Source: an uncultured Gemmatimonadales bacterium (GTDB lineage: Bacteria > Gemmatimonadota > Gemmatimonadetes > Gemmatimonadales > Gemmatimonadaceae). From it: a DNA stretch of 64,000 nt. The position numbers and the translations under genes were made by a program. Positions 10,774 to 20,883 of this stretch are shown one piece after another. The notes below the pieces were generated by a model. It was not told the DNA's origin. It saw only the letters and a program-made list of their open reading frames with translations, and searched no databases. The first letter of the stretch is position 1; the number at the start of each line of letters is the position of its first letter. The stretch spans positions 1,632,001 through 1,696,000 of the forward strand of contig OY969695.1 of assembly GCA_963701965.1 (NCBI GenBank), read 5' to 3'.

Positions 10774-13329
10774 TCAGAAGGCGGCCGACAAGCGCAACAC
10801 CCACGTGCGCGGTTGGGGCAGCTGCAAAGCTGGAGCCACCGACGCGACGGTCGCCGGCTGTTCGCCGATGCTCACGTCGGGATCGCCACCCCGATAGTTG
10901 GTCCAGAGCGCCAGGTTGCGGACCGCCAGCGTCAGGCGAACGGATTCATGGCCGGGCACGGCGGTCGTCGCCGAGAGCTCCCGCCAGCGCACGGCGGACA
11001 CGCGCTGGACATAGCCCATTGGCCATCCCGGTCCCGCCTGGACCGCCATCGCGAGCGCTTGATCGGCGAGCGACGCGCCCGGGATGTTCTGCGCCCGCGT
11101 CTCCAGCACCGCGCTTTGATAGAACCCGTTCTGATCCGGCAGCACGTAGCCGCCGCGATAGTCGAACAGCGTCGCGATGTGGAGCGATCGGTGAAGCAGA
11201 TGGATCGCGGTCGCCAGCGACGCTTCGTGCGTCGGCACCGACGATCCCACGTACACACTCGGCAACTCGGTGACTTCGTTCGCCTCGATCACCCCGTCGT
11301 GGTTGGCGTCGGCGAACGTGTACGGTGCGGCCCAGATGCCGTAGAGGGGATGGCCCGTTTCGTTCCGCAGCATGCCGCCATACCACACCTGCGTGAACGG
11401 CAGGCGCAGCGCCTTGTTCCAGTGTTCAAACGCGCTCAGCGTCGCGTCCCAGACGGGCGTCGGTCTGACGCTGGCGCTGAATTCGAGACCACGATCGCTC
11501 ACCGTGCCTTGGTCGATAAAGCGGTCGACGCCGCCAACGTTGTTGGCGACACTGACGGGCAAGAGCGCGTGCACGGTGCGCCGGGCGTACGTCGTGACGC
11601 TGACGCTGGCGACATCGTGGGGGAGCGCCGCGTCAATACCGGCTTCGAGGTCCCGCTGTCGGACGGCAGGCTTGAACTGGGTGACGGTGGTCTGGAGCGG
11701 AAGCGCCAATGCCGCGAGCTGTTGCGTGCCGATCGCCGTACTGGTCTCGCCGATGCCCCCGCGCACGCGCAGTCGGGGATCGGCCGTCGTGCCGAGGATC
11801 GCCCAACTGGCCGAGAGCGCCGGATACGCGGCGCTGCTGGAGACGCGATCGGTTTGGAGGCGATGGTGATCCCACCGGACCCGGGCGTCGAGCGACACGA
11901 CCTGGGCGATGGACAGGCCTTCGTCGAGATACGCGCTCTGCGTGAGGTCGGACAGCCGGATGGCGGAGTGACCCAGCGGCACCACGTCGACGGTATCGCT
12001 GGCGTTGGCGGCGAGATACTGGAGCCCCGCCGACGTGCGCGATTCGACTGTCAATGTGAGGCGCGCGGTCCACGTCCCGCCGGCGTCGGCGGTATACTGG
12101 GTCAGCCGCTGCTGGTCGTTGCCGATGATCGTATCGGTGCCCACTCGCGGCGCATCGACTCGACGGTCCGCGGTCGTCCGACGCACCGCGTCCGTGCCGA
12201 CGGTGGCGTGCAACGCCAATTGCGGCGACAGCCGCCACTCGCCGCGCGCGTTCCACATCAGGTGTTGCGTGTGATCGGTCGCCACCTCGCCGAAGTCGAA
12301 CTCCGGACGATTGACGGGACTGAACCACCCATCGAACAGGGTGCGGGACCCGGTGCCGAGGGCGGCGTCGCTCAGGAAGCTATCGATCGCCGCGTCGCGT
12401 TGGTGGGTGCCGCTGTACGCAGCCGTGACGACCACATCGGCGGCGCTGCTCAATCGGGAGATGAACGAACCGCGCAGCTGACCGCGATTCACGTCGGACG
12501 GATAGCGTTGGCCCGGCAGGGGCGGCGCGCCGAAGTCCTTGGCGTACAGCGCGGCGTCGGCGGACGGCATCACGAGCGTCCCCGGCTCATCGAGATACCC
12601 ACCGCTGACGGACAGCGATTGGCTACCGAACGTCGCACCAAGGCTGCCCTGGTAGCGCTGCAAGTAGGCCGTATGAAACGGCGACTCGGCGCCGCCCGCC
12701 GCGAGAGGATTGTAGTGCGTGACGCTGTCGAGCGTGCACAGTCCCGTGGTGCTCGCGTCCAACGGACACTGGGCCGTCTGATTCCCCACGTGTCCCCACG
12801 AGAAGTAGCTCTGTGGCGCGGACGCCGCCGTCGTCACAATGCCGCCCTCCACCGTGAGATCGCCGGAGAGCTTGGCGGCCCGGGTGCGCTTCGTCGTGAC
12901 GAGTATCACGCCGTTGCCCGCACCGGGACCATACAGACTGGCGGCGACCGCACCGGGCAGGACCTCGACCGAGGCAATGTCGGACGGATCAAGGTCATCG
13001 AATCGCGCCGTCGCGGGATGGTAGGACAACGGCGGGATGGCGGCACCGCTTCCGCCACTGTTGTCGACCCGAATCCCATCGACGATCAACAGCGGCCGGC
13101 TCACGTCCGCGCCACCGGCGTATCCGCGCACCACGACCACCGGGCCCGCCCCGGCGCTGCCGTCCTGGGAGAGGACCTGCACGCCCGGCACGCGCGCCGT
13201 CAGGAGCTCGGACAGCGAATGGATTGGCGCGACCGGCACGAGGGAATCCGCGCTGATCGCGCGCTGCTGTCCCCACAGGGGTGTCGCGACGAGGAGGCCG
13301 AAAACAACTATGGCGGCGGTCGTTCGCAT
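10774..13329 (-). CDS. SusC/RagA-like TonB-dependent outer membrane receptor
   Basis: Plug motifs PLLIVDGIR, DLDPSDIASVEVLPG and LYGPGAGNGVILVTTK; C-terminal PQPRTWVLRLSAAF; signal peptide from ATG 13329. Confidence 0.85.
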   Translation of the reverse strand: MRTTAAIVVFGLLVATPLWGQQRAISADSLVPVAPIHSLSELLTARVPGVQVLSQDGSAGAGPVVVVRGYAGGADVSRPLLIVDGIRVDNSGGSGAAIPPLSYHPATARFDDLDPSDIASVEVLPGAVAASLYGPGAGNGVILVTTKRTRAAKLSGDLTVEGGIVTTAASAPQSYFSWGHVGNQTAQCPLDASTTGLCTLDSVTHYNPLAAGGAESPFHTAYLQRYQGSLGATFGSQSLSVSGGYLDEPGTLVMPSADAALYAKDFGAPPLPGQRYPSDVNRGQLRGSFISRLSSAADVVVTAAYSGTHQRDAAIDSFLSDAALGTGSRTLFDGWFSPVNRPEFDFGEVATDHTQHLMWNARGEWRLSPQLALHATVGTDAVRRTTADRRVDAPRVGTDTIIGNDQQRLTQYTADAGGTWTARLTLTVESRTSAGLQYLAANASDTVDVVPLGHSAIRLSDLTQSAYLDEGLSIAQVVSLDARVRWDHHRLQTDRVSSSAAYPALSASWAILGTTADPRLRVRGGIGETSTAIGTQQLAALALPLQTTVTQFKPAVRQRDLEAGIDAALPHDVASVSVTTYARRTVHALLPVSVANNVGGVDRFIDQGTVSDRGLEFSASVRPTPVWDATLSAFEHWNKALRLPFTQVWYGGMLRNETGHPLYGIWAAPYTFADANHDGVIEANEVTELPSVYVGSSVPTHEASLATAIHLLHRSLHIATLFDYRGGYVLPDQNGFYQSAVLETRAQNIPGASLADQALAMAVQAGPGWPMGYVQRVSAVRWRELSATTAVPGHESVRLTLAVRNLALWTNYRGGDPDVSIGEQPATVASVAPALQLPQPRTWVLRLSAAF

Positions 13330-13341
13330 ACCTTTCCGACC

Positions 13342-13770
13342 ATGAAGAAGCGACGGATCAGCGCACCGGACGCACCCTCGACATCTGGCGGCTATGCCCA
13401 GGCGGTGGAGGTCACGGATGTGGCACGCACGCTCTACATCAGCGGGCAGATTCCCGTGTGGCGGCAAGGCGGCGTTCCGTCGACGTTTCGCGAGCAATGC
13501 CATCTGACGTGGAAAAACGTGGAGGCGCAGCTCCGGGCGGCCGACATGACGCTCGACAACCTGGTGAAGGTGACAACATTTCTCTCCAATCGGCAACTCG
13601 CCGGTGAAAATGGCGAGGTGCGACGGGAAGTATTGGGTGATCGATCGCCCGCGCTGACGGTGATTATCGCGGGCATCTTCGATCACGCGTGGCTCCTGGA
13701 GATCGAAGCGATCGCGGTGGCCGGACCACACGAAGGAAACTCCACCCCTCCCATAAACAAACCGACGTAA
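13342..13770 (+). CDS. RidA/YjgF/UK114 family protein
   Basis: GGYAQAV, LYISGQIP, NLVKVTTFL and WLLEIEAIA motifs. Confidence 0.9.
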   Translation: MKKRRISAPDAPSTSGGYAQAVEVTDVARTLYISGQIPVWRQGGVPSTFREQCHLTWKNVEAQLRAADMTLDNLVKVTTFLSNRQLAGENGEVRREVLGDRSPALTVIIAGIFDHAWLLEIEAIAVAGPHEGNSTPPINKPT

Positions 13771-13789
13771 CCAGGTCGGGGCGTAGGGC

Positions 13790-13964
13790 GAGCCATCCTG
13801 ACCAGACGTCGACCCCTGTCACCCCCTCGATATGGACGCGGCAGAGCGCGTGGGTGGCTCGTCACGCAAGTCCGTCATACACGCGGTATTCGCCGAACGC
13901 TGGAAGGATACCACGCGTCGTCGATCGTCAATGCTACCATGTGAGGACTCGGCACTAAGTCCAT
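13790..13964 (-). repeat. Copy A of a duplicated promoter/leader-like element (partner at 16538-16652)
   Basis: Shares TGACCAGACGTCGA, ACCCCCTCGATATGGACGCGG and TGCTACCATGTGAnGACTCGnCACTAAGTCCAT blocks (plus strand) with copy B. Confidence 0.8.
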
Positions 13965-14076
13965 GTCCCGGCTGCGACGCGCCCGAAACACGTCGCCCGT
14001 TTCGCCGGAGCCTTCACGCGTGCGCGCGGGAACGGATACCGAGCCTCGGGCGACGAGACCCGGTCGCGGCGTGCGC

Positions 14077-15327
14077 TCAGTGTGACGTGTTCGGCATCGC
14101 CGGCATCGCATTGAGCAGGATGTACTGCCGCTCGATGCCCGGCACGCGGTCGCCGCCGGCCGACGTCACGACGACCGGCCGTTGGACGAGAAGCTCGTCG
14201 CTCATCACCACGCCATTCCGAAATGTCGTATAGCCGACCCAATGCGACGGGCCGGGCGCCACACTCACCGGGTGTTGCACGCTGTCGGCCGAGAGCAGTG
14301 TGATCTGCGTCAGATCACCCTCGAACGGCCCCTCTCCCGTGCCTTCGCGCTCGAGCGTGACCGTGTTCGCCGCCGTATCGACGTGGAGCACGCTCACGCG
14401 TTCCGTCCCTGGCGGCCCGAGCTCCCACGCGGTCGCGATCTGGTGTGTCCACGTCATACGATCACGCAGCACGCCCGGCGCATCGCCCCACAACCTCGCA
14501 TTGTACAGCAATCCACTCCCATCCGTGAGCGACGTGCACTTCCCCGCCGAGTCGCACGACGACCGCCCACCGTCTCGAATCACCATCAGCGCGCGCCCTT
14601 CGGGCCGGCCATCGTAGCGGTACCAGCTATCGAACGCCAAGTGATCGGCGGCGGTGTCCCGCACTATATAGGATGCCGTCCCACTCACGCGCCGCACGTA
14701 CTCCAGGTATCCATCGATCTTGAACGAGATGGCGCGCGAGAAATGTTGAACAAGGTGTCGCCGAGCACGAGATGGGGCGCGAGCGGTCCCGCGCGCGCGT
14801 CGCCCGCATGCGCGTCCCCGCGACGACACAGGAGTCGATCGCCCGTCTTCCAAGCGCCCTTGTCGCGCCGCTGCCACTCCACGGTAAAGTCCGACGGGCC
14901 ACCGACCGTGTAGACGAACCGGTTCGGCGTCGGATAGCTCGCCACGTCGGTCGAGACGAGCGTCAACGACGACCCGTGCCACCCATCGCTGCTGTAGAAG
15001 CCGTAGCCGAAATTGTTGGCGTCGAACTCGCGGACCGCGCGTTTGGTGGAATCGTAGCCAATGAGGTAGCGGCCAACGTACCCCGACGGTTGGATGTCGA
15101 CCTCCGTCAGCTGGGTCCAGCGCCCACCGAGAATGGTTGACCCCTCGTAGGTCGAGTGGTGGGGCGTGCGGTTCCCTATCATACCATTGCAATCCCAGAA
15201 TGCCATCAAAGCTGAACCCCGGCGGTGCCGCAGACTGGCCCTGTGCATCGGCGGCCGCGGGGATCGTCACCGCCCGGACCGCGAGCGCGACGACCAGCGG
15301 CCGCCACCAGTTGAGGAGTCGTGTCAT
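14077..15327 (-). CDS. Secreted two-domain hypothetical protein (DUF1579-like N-terminal barrel); two compensating frameshifts
   Basis: Signal peptide and C-terminal part lie in the 14077..15327 frame. The plausible middle (FWDCNG...GYDSTKR...WHGSSLTL) lies in the 14685..15248 frame. Confidence 0.6.
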   Translation of the reverse strand: MTRLLNWWRPLVVALAVRAVTIPAAADAQGQSAAPPGFSFDGILGLQWYDREPHAPPLDLRGVNHSRWALDPADGGRHPTVGVRWPLPHWLRFHQTRGPRVRRQQFRLRLLQQRWVARVVVDARLDRRGELSDAEPVRLHGRWPVGLYRGVAAARQGRLEDGRSTPVSSRGRACGRRARGTARAPSRARRHLVQHFSRAISFKIDGYLEYVRRVSGTASYIVRDTAADHLAFDSWYRYDGRPEGRALMVIRDGGRSSCDSAGKCTSLTDGSGLLYNARLWGDAPGVLRDRMTWTHQIATAWELGPPGTERVSVLHVDTAANTVTLEREGTGEGPFEGDLTQITLLSADSVQHPVSVAPGPSHWVGYTTFRNGVVMSDELLVQRPVVVTSAGGDRVPGIERQYILLNAMPAMPNTSH

Positions 15328-15553
15328 ACGGGCAGGATATCATCCCGACTGGCCCCCGTCATCCGCCGTGCAGCCAACGGGACCCTGGATGCCGCCAACG
15401 TGTCATCGGGCCCGCGTCGGCCACCTGCCGCGGCCTCGGCGCGATCGCGATGCCCGGCATCGTGCACGACGGCTAATGCTGGCGCGCCATGTCGTCATGC
15501 AAACGGCGCGAGCACCTACCCTGCTTCCCAAGCCGGCTGCCTGCAACGACGTC

Positions 15554-16544
15554 TCACGGCGTAGGGGCGAGCGCGAGCCGCACGGCTTTGTCTACCCGAC
15601 TGCCGTTCCCTTTGTCCCAGCCGACCAGGATGCGCGCGATGCGTCCCTGACCGTCAATGATCAGCGTTTCCGGGATAAAGTAGACGTGATACGCCTCTTG
15701 CAATGGGGCCATAATCTCCTTCGTCGCGCTCCTCGACGAAGTCGGAGACCGCGATCGGGCAGGTCAACCCGTGCTCGCCCGTGAAGTATTGTTTCAACTT
15801 CGCAAGCTCGGCGTCGGCCGTGAGCGCGGTGTCAGCGCGAAACTGCCCCATGAGGTTCGTGACGAGCACAAGGCGCACCTTGTCGGCACCGTACTTCTGT
15901 TGGACGGCGAGCAGGTCCGGATAGCTGAGCGAACACGCCGCGCACCACCAGGCGGAGAATACGACAATGGTCACCGGCGCCCCGTGCGAGAAATCGAGGG
16001 TCGTTCCGTCTGCCGCATTGAACCAGTGCGGGGCCGCGATGCGCGGCGGCGCTTGGCCGACCATACGATAGCGCGCGATCTCGTCCGCGAGCCCCTCGGC
16101 CACGCCCGGCACACCGGGAAGCCGGGCCGGCGCGTACGCGAGGAGCGCAAGCGCCGCCGGGGTATCGCCATGGCCGGCGATGACCTCGGCCAGATCACGG
16201 TAGGCATGTATCAGTTGGGGCGCCAGGCGGACGCGGTCGGCCGAATCGAGCTGGCCGGCGAGCGCCATAATGGCTTTGGCGTGGAGCGTGATCCCGTCTT
16301 CATCGTCGATGCCGACCCGGAGGTACTCGCCGATCATCGCATGGGCTTCGATGCGCGATGCGACGCGCACGCCCGGTACCGAGTCCAACGTCGCGATGAT
16401 GCGCTCGGCGGTCCGCCGATGCTCGGCCGGAACCGTGTGCTGGTAGATATTCGTGTGCACGGTATCGAGCAGCGCGGCCTCGTTCACCTGCGCGGCAACC
16501 GGCGACACCGTGAGTACCAGAGCGATGAGAATGCGGTGAGCCAT
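15554..16544 (-). CDS. TlpA-like thioredoxin-domain secreted protein; apparent frameshift near 15705
   Basis: FSAWWCAAC (CxxC). After a frame change it continues YHVYFIPETLIIDGQGRI to TGA at 15554. Confidence 0.75.
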
Positions 16545-16652
16545 GTTGACCAGACGTCGAGCCATCCAACCCCCTCGATATGGACGCGGTCAATGCTATC
16601 ATATGTCGCCAGTCATCACTGCTACCATGTGACGACTCGCCACTAAGTCCAT
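16538..16652 (-). repeat. Copy B of the duplicated promoter/leader element, directly upstream of the TlpA-like gene
   Basis: Same conserved blocks as copy A; on the minus strand it ends GAGGGGG...TCTGGTCAAC-ATG. Confidence 0.8.
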
Positions 16653-16832
16653 TTCCGGGACGCGGTGAGTAGTCGTACCAGGTGTGGGGGCATACAAAAG
16701 CATTCCCGAGCGAGCGCCTCATCCATCAATCGACCGTATCCTGCAGCAAGAAGTGCCCGGTCACTGCAGCAACGGAACGACTGGCGGCAACGTGCTTGCC
16801 CGACTCATATCGCGGCGCGCACGTTGTCTGTC

Positions 16833-17258
16833 ATGACTCTCATTTCTCTCACGCTCGCACTCCTCGCGGCGCCCCCGTCCTGTTCCGGGCACATGCTGCC
16901 ACACCAACGTCCGGACGCCGCCTCCGTCAGACAAGCGGATAGTGCGTGGGACGTCGCGTACGCACACGGTGACACCACGTTTCTCCGCTGTTTGCTGACA
17001 CCGGATTATCGCGGGTATACGCTGGACGGCGTCGAGTCCGACCGCGCCGTCGAAGTGGGTAGGGCCGGACGCTCAGGGAGTCCGGACAAGGCCGTGCCAC
17101 CTTATCCGAAGAACGCGACGGTCGTAGTCCACGGCACATCAGCCTGGGTCGGCGGCCTCACGACCAGGAAGCGGTGGATGGATATCTATCACTACGAGGA
17201 TGGCGCCTGGCACGCATTTCTTTCGATCGACGTCAAACTGCCGCCGCCAGCCCCCTGA
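16833..17258 (+). CDS. Secreted NTF2-like (DUF4440) protein
   Basis: AWDVAYAHGDTTFLRCLLTPDY...RWMDIYHYEDGAW pattern. Confidence 0.7.
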   Translation: MTLISLTLALLAAPPSCSGHMLPHQRPDAASVRQADSAWDVAYAHGDTTFLRCLLTPDYRGYTLDGVESDRAVEVGRAGRSGSPDKAVPPYPKNATVVVHGTSAWVGGLTTRKRWMDIYHYEDGAWHAFLSIDVKLPPPAP

Positions 17259-17318
17259 CCGTGTTCCAGTCCCGACCCGTCCCTCTGCCACGCCTGGGAC
17301 CGCGCAGGCGGCCGGCCA

Positions 17319-18389
17319 CTACCGCCCGCTGGACGCATCGACGCGCCCTTTGGCGGGCGGCCCGTTCTCCGGCAGAAACACGTTCGCCTTGAGCGCCTGG
17401 GCTACTGCTTGAATCACGAGCTTGGCGCGCACGCTGTTCCCCGCTGCATCCAGGCGTGGGGAGAATACCCCGATGCCGAAGCGCCCCGGCGAGACGGCCA
17501 AGATGCCGCCACCCACGCCACTCTTCGCCGGCAACCCAACGTTGTAGAGCCACTGGCCCGAGTCATCGTAGAGTCCAGCCGTCGACATCACCGCCAGCAC
17601 GCGCGGCACGTAATCGGCGCGGACGACCTGCTTCTTGGTGACCGGATTCACTCCGGCGTTGGCCAGCGTGGCCGCGATGGTGGCGATGTCCTTGGCCGAC
17701 ACGTTAATCGCGCACTGCCGGGTGTAGACGTCCGTCGCCTCGACGGGGTTCGAGTACATCCGATCGTACGCGAACATGAGCTGGGCCATTGCGCGATTCC
17801 GTTGGTTGGTGGCCGCCTCCGACTTGTACACCGGGTCGTTGACCGCCAGCGTCCGGCCCGCGAACGCCTCGTGCGCGGCGAGAATCTTCTTCCACCGGTC
17901 AGCCGCCGAGGCGCCTTCGACCATGCTCACGGCGGCAATGGCGCCGGCGTTCACCAGGGGATTCATCTCCTTCCCCTTCTGCAGCTCGAGGGCGATGATG
18001 GAGTTGAAGCGCAATCCCGTCGCATCGACCCCGAGCTTCTCTCGGACCGTGTCGGGTCCGACTTCGCTCATCACCTCGGCCATCGTCACGACTTTGGACA
18101 TGGACTGGATCGAAAACAGCGAGTCGACGTCGCCGATCGTATGGACTTTCCCGTCCATCGTGACGACGGCGATCCCGAAGAGCTTCGGGTTCACCTTGCC
18201 GAGCTCGGGGATGTAGTCGGCTACGGCGCCGCTATCGACTCCTTGATATTTCGTGTAGGCCGCCTTGATCAACGAATCGATTTGCGTCGATGATTGCGCC
18301 AGCATTGCCAATGGTCCGCACAGCGCGATGGCCGCGATCACGCCCGCGAGCGCTGGAGCGCGAATTCTCTGTCTCGTCGTATACCTCAT
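17319..18389 (-). CDS. glsA: Glutaminase A with N-terminal signal peptide
   Basis: VADYIPELG, FSIQSMSK (SxxK), NPLVNAGAI, GLYDDSG and PAKSGVGGG motifs. ATG overlaps the upstream stop. Confidence 0.93.
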   Translation of the reverse strand: MRYTTRQRIRAPALAGVIAAIALCGPLAMLAQSSTQIDSLIKAAYTKYQGVDSGAVADYIPELGKVNPKLFGIAVVTMDGKVHTIGDVDSLFSIQSMSKVVTMAEVMSEVGPDTVREKLGVDATGLRFNSIIALELQKGKEMNPLVNAGAIAAVSMVEGASAADRWKKILAAHEAFAGRTLAVNDPVYKSEAATNQRNRAMAQLMFAYDRMYSNPVEATDVYTRQCAINVSAKDIATIAATLANAGVNPVTKKQVVRADYVPRVLAVMSTAGLYDDSGQWLYNVGLPAKSGVGGGILAVSPGRFGIGVFSPRLDAAGNSVRAKLVIQAVAQALKANVFLPENGPPAKGRVDASSGR

Positions 18390-19618
18390 TTTTTCTTCCC
18401 TCCTCCCATCACGACTTCGTAATTGAATTTTCCCGAGAACTGGATGCGATAGTCGTTCGCCGTGAACCCATTGCTCTTGTTCTGCCGCTGCCCCCACTGT
18501 CCCTCGAGACCGAAGAAGAAGGCCGGGACCGGCTGCAGGATCACGTTGGCCAGGAAGTACTGGCCCAGCCGGAAGTCCGCCGGCACCTGGGCGTTGGAGT
18601 TCTGAATGTTCACTTGCGAGTAGCCGATGCTGCTGGTGAGCCCCTTGGTCCACGTGTGGTCGTAGAACGCGAGGAGCCCGAACACCGGTAACGTCACGCC
18701 CTTCACCGGGGACACCCGGCTCGAGAAGTTGTTCTCGACGCCGATGTCGATCGACGCGTCGTTCATGTAGTTCTCGACCCCTTCGCCGTAGAGCACTTGC
18801 AGCTTGATCTTGTCATCCTCGCGCACATTGATGCGGCTGCTCGCGTTGAGACCCCACGCCAGCGTATGGCCGGAGAAATCGAGCGTGTCGGGGGTGGTTT
18901 CGTCCCAGGCGATGTAGCGCAAGATCCCGGCGAGCTCGACGTAGCCCCATTTTGCCCAATGGCGGTAGTGGGCGGAGAAATCCGGCGCGGGGAAGCGCGG
19001 CGTGATATTCGACAGCTCGATCCGGTTCGCGTAGGCGCCGGCGTCGCCGCTCGCGCCAGGGCGCTCGATCGCGACAACGAGCGAGTCCCTCGTGCGGTAC
19101 GTCCGCGTATAGCGCAACTGAATGTTGCGAAAGAAGGCCATCCCGTTCGGCCCCCACGCCTCGAGGGTATTCGGGAAGATGTCGAGGTCCATGAACGGGC
19201 TGTCCATCTGCCCGAGACCGAACGCCCCGAGCGTGGCGTAGGCATACCGCAGTCGGAGCTGGGTCTGTCCGGCCTGCCCCCCGACGCCGGTCAGGTCGAA
19301 CTCGAATCGCGTGAAGATGTCACCCGCCGCGGTAGGGATGGTGCTTTTTACCCCGAACCGCGTCTGGCGTACGCTCGTCTGGAAGTTGCCATTCTTCCCG
19401 AACTGATCCTTGACCGAGGGGAGCTTCGTCGGTCGGAGCATGTCGAACCACTGGGGGTCCACCGCATCGAAGTCCCCGATCAGATCGGTCATCACGAAAC
19501 CGTACACGGTCAAGCTCGGCTTCTCTTTGTCGGTGGAGTCTTGCGCACCGGCCCCGAGCGGCAGCAACGCGAGACCAACCGCGAGCGTCGCGCCCGACAC
19601 CAACCTCTGACGGTTCAT
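18386..19618 (-). CDS. DcaP family trimeric outer-membrane porin
   Basis: VRQTRFG, FEFD, LRLRYAYATLG, GQMDSPFMD and YRIQFSGKFNY motifs; signal peptide. Confidence 0.85.
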   Translation of the reverse strand: MNRQRLVSGATLAVGLALLPLGAGAQDSTDKEKPSLTVYGFVMTDLIGDFDAVDPQWFDMLRPTKLPSVKDQFGKNGNFQTSVRQTRFGVKSTIPTAAGDIFTRFEFDLTGVGGQAGQTQLRLRYAYATLGAFGLGQMDSPFMDLDIFPNTLEAWGPNGMAFFRNIQLRYTRTYRTRDSLVVAIERPGASGDAGAYANRIELSNITPRFPAPDFSAHYRHWAKWGYVELAGILRYIAWDETTPDTLDFSGHTLAWGLNASSRINVREDDKIKLQVLYGEGVENYMNDASIDIGVENNFSSRVSPVKGVTLPVFGLLAFYDHTWTKGLTSSIGYSQVNIQNSNAQVPADFRLGQYFLANVILQPVPAFFFGLEGQWGQRQNKSNGFTANDYRIQFSGKFNYEVVMGGGKKK

Positions 19619-19686
19619 AGCCACTCCCGCACAAATGGTGACAGCGTGACGGCGCGAGGCGGCGGCGTTCAGGAGCGGCGCCCCGC

Positions 19687-20853
19687 TCACGGGTCGAAGA
19701 GGAGCCCTCCCGATGCCGAAGCGGGCTTGGCATGCGCGCGGTCTTGCTGCTCCCACGCGCGCACGTCACGCCGTGCCTTGTCGAACAGCCGCTCGAAATT
19801 GCTTTTGCGTACGTCGCGACTCGCCTCTGGGGTCAGCTTAGCCCACAGTGGCGCGTACAGGGAGTAGACCTTGAGGTATGTTGGCTGATCTGACGGCGCG
19901 ACCTCGTCGGTGCCGAACAAGAAGCGCCCGGGGAAGTGATTAATGAGGTTTGCCGTGTTCTCGAGCGAGCGCGGAGTCGCGACGACGTACTTCGCGACTT
20001 CATCCCAGGAGATGTCGAAGTACACGTGCTTGAGCGATGCGTCTTCGAGGATTGCCTGGATCATCGCGATGTGATAGGGGCTGCGTTCGCCAGGCCCGGT
20101 AGATGGCGACTGCGGGACCGGTTGCACGACGCGGCCGAGGCCCGTGTGGGCCCAGATGACGGTCGTCGTCGGATGGCGGCGCAGCAGAGTCTTCATTTGC
20201 GCGAGGTAGACGGGCTCCGTCCCCGGCTTCGCGAACGGCACGTTGATGTCGTTGTGCAGCAGGACCACCAGGCCGGCCCGCGCGGCGAACGACAGGATGC
20301 TGTCGAGCGCCGGATCGGTGAGGCTCGCTTGCGCGCCGGCGACTTTGGGCGAGACGAACTCCTTGTGGATGGTGAACTCGCCGATACCCTCGAAGACGCC
20401 GGGGAACGTGCGCAAGACGCGCTTGATGTGGTCGACCGCGTACATGTCAGCCGGATTGAATCCGGTGATCATGGGATCGAACCGGGCCTGCTGCTCCCGG
20501 GTGAGCGACCGGTACGCCATGGCGATGTAGGCGTCGGTGAACGCGTAGTAGTAGAGCGGCGCGTCGGTCTGGAGATAGTACGTCGGGGCGAAGTTCCCGG
20601 AGTTTGCGTACGCCCACGTTTGCTGGAGCGGAATGCCGAAGAGGGCCACGCGACCCGCTTTGTCGCCCATGATCTCGAGGAACCGGTGGATCTCGGTGCC
20701 GCGTTGGATGTAGTTCGTGAGGTGGAAGTGGACGTCGTCGAACTCGTACCTGTCGTCGCGCGCCGCCGGGCTGGTGCTCGTTCCTACACTCAAGGCCGAC
20801 ACGACAAGTGCGACACCGACAGTGAGACGGTTCGCCGTTCCTCTCGTGAGCAT
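19687..20853 (-). CDS. Amidohydrolase (metal-dependent TIM barrel), exported
   Basis: DVHFH, GIGEFTIHKE, LLHND, IWAHTG and FLFGTD metal-binding motifs; signal-like N-terminus. Confidence 0.85.
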   Translation of the reverse strand: MLTRGTANRLTVGVALVVSALSVGTSTSPAARDDRYEFDDVHFHLTNYIQRGTEIHRFLEIMGDKAGRVALFGIPLQQTWAYANSGNFAPTYYLQTDAPLYYYAFTDAYIAMAYRSLTREQQARFDPMITGFNPADMYAVDHIKRVLRTFPGVFEGIGEFTIHKEFVSPKVAGAQASLTDPALDSILSFAARAGLVVLLHNDINVPFAKPGTEPVYLAQMKTLLRRHPTTTVIWAHTGLGRVVQPVPQSPSTGPGERSPYHIAMIQAILEDASLKHVYFDISWDEVAKYVVATPRSLENTANLINHFPGRFLFGTDEVAPSDQPTYLKVYSLYAPLWAKLTPEASRDVRKSNFERLFDKARRDVRAWEQQDRAHAKPASASGGLLFDP

Positions 20854-20883
20854 GTGCTGCTCCTGCGCCCCAGGATCCGCGCG

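Noticed and set aside
13773..13783. AGGTCGGGGCG matching the tRNA 3' end as a possible fourth att site
   Set aside because: Only 9-11 bp in GC-rich DNA, and the match does not extend into the T-arm.
600..17300. Integron-like cassette array of small unrelated genes
   Set aside because: Genes are in mixed orientation, no recurring attC-type sites were seen, and neither integrase resembles IntI.
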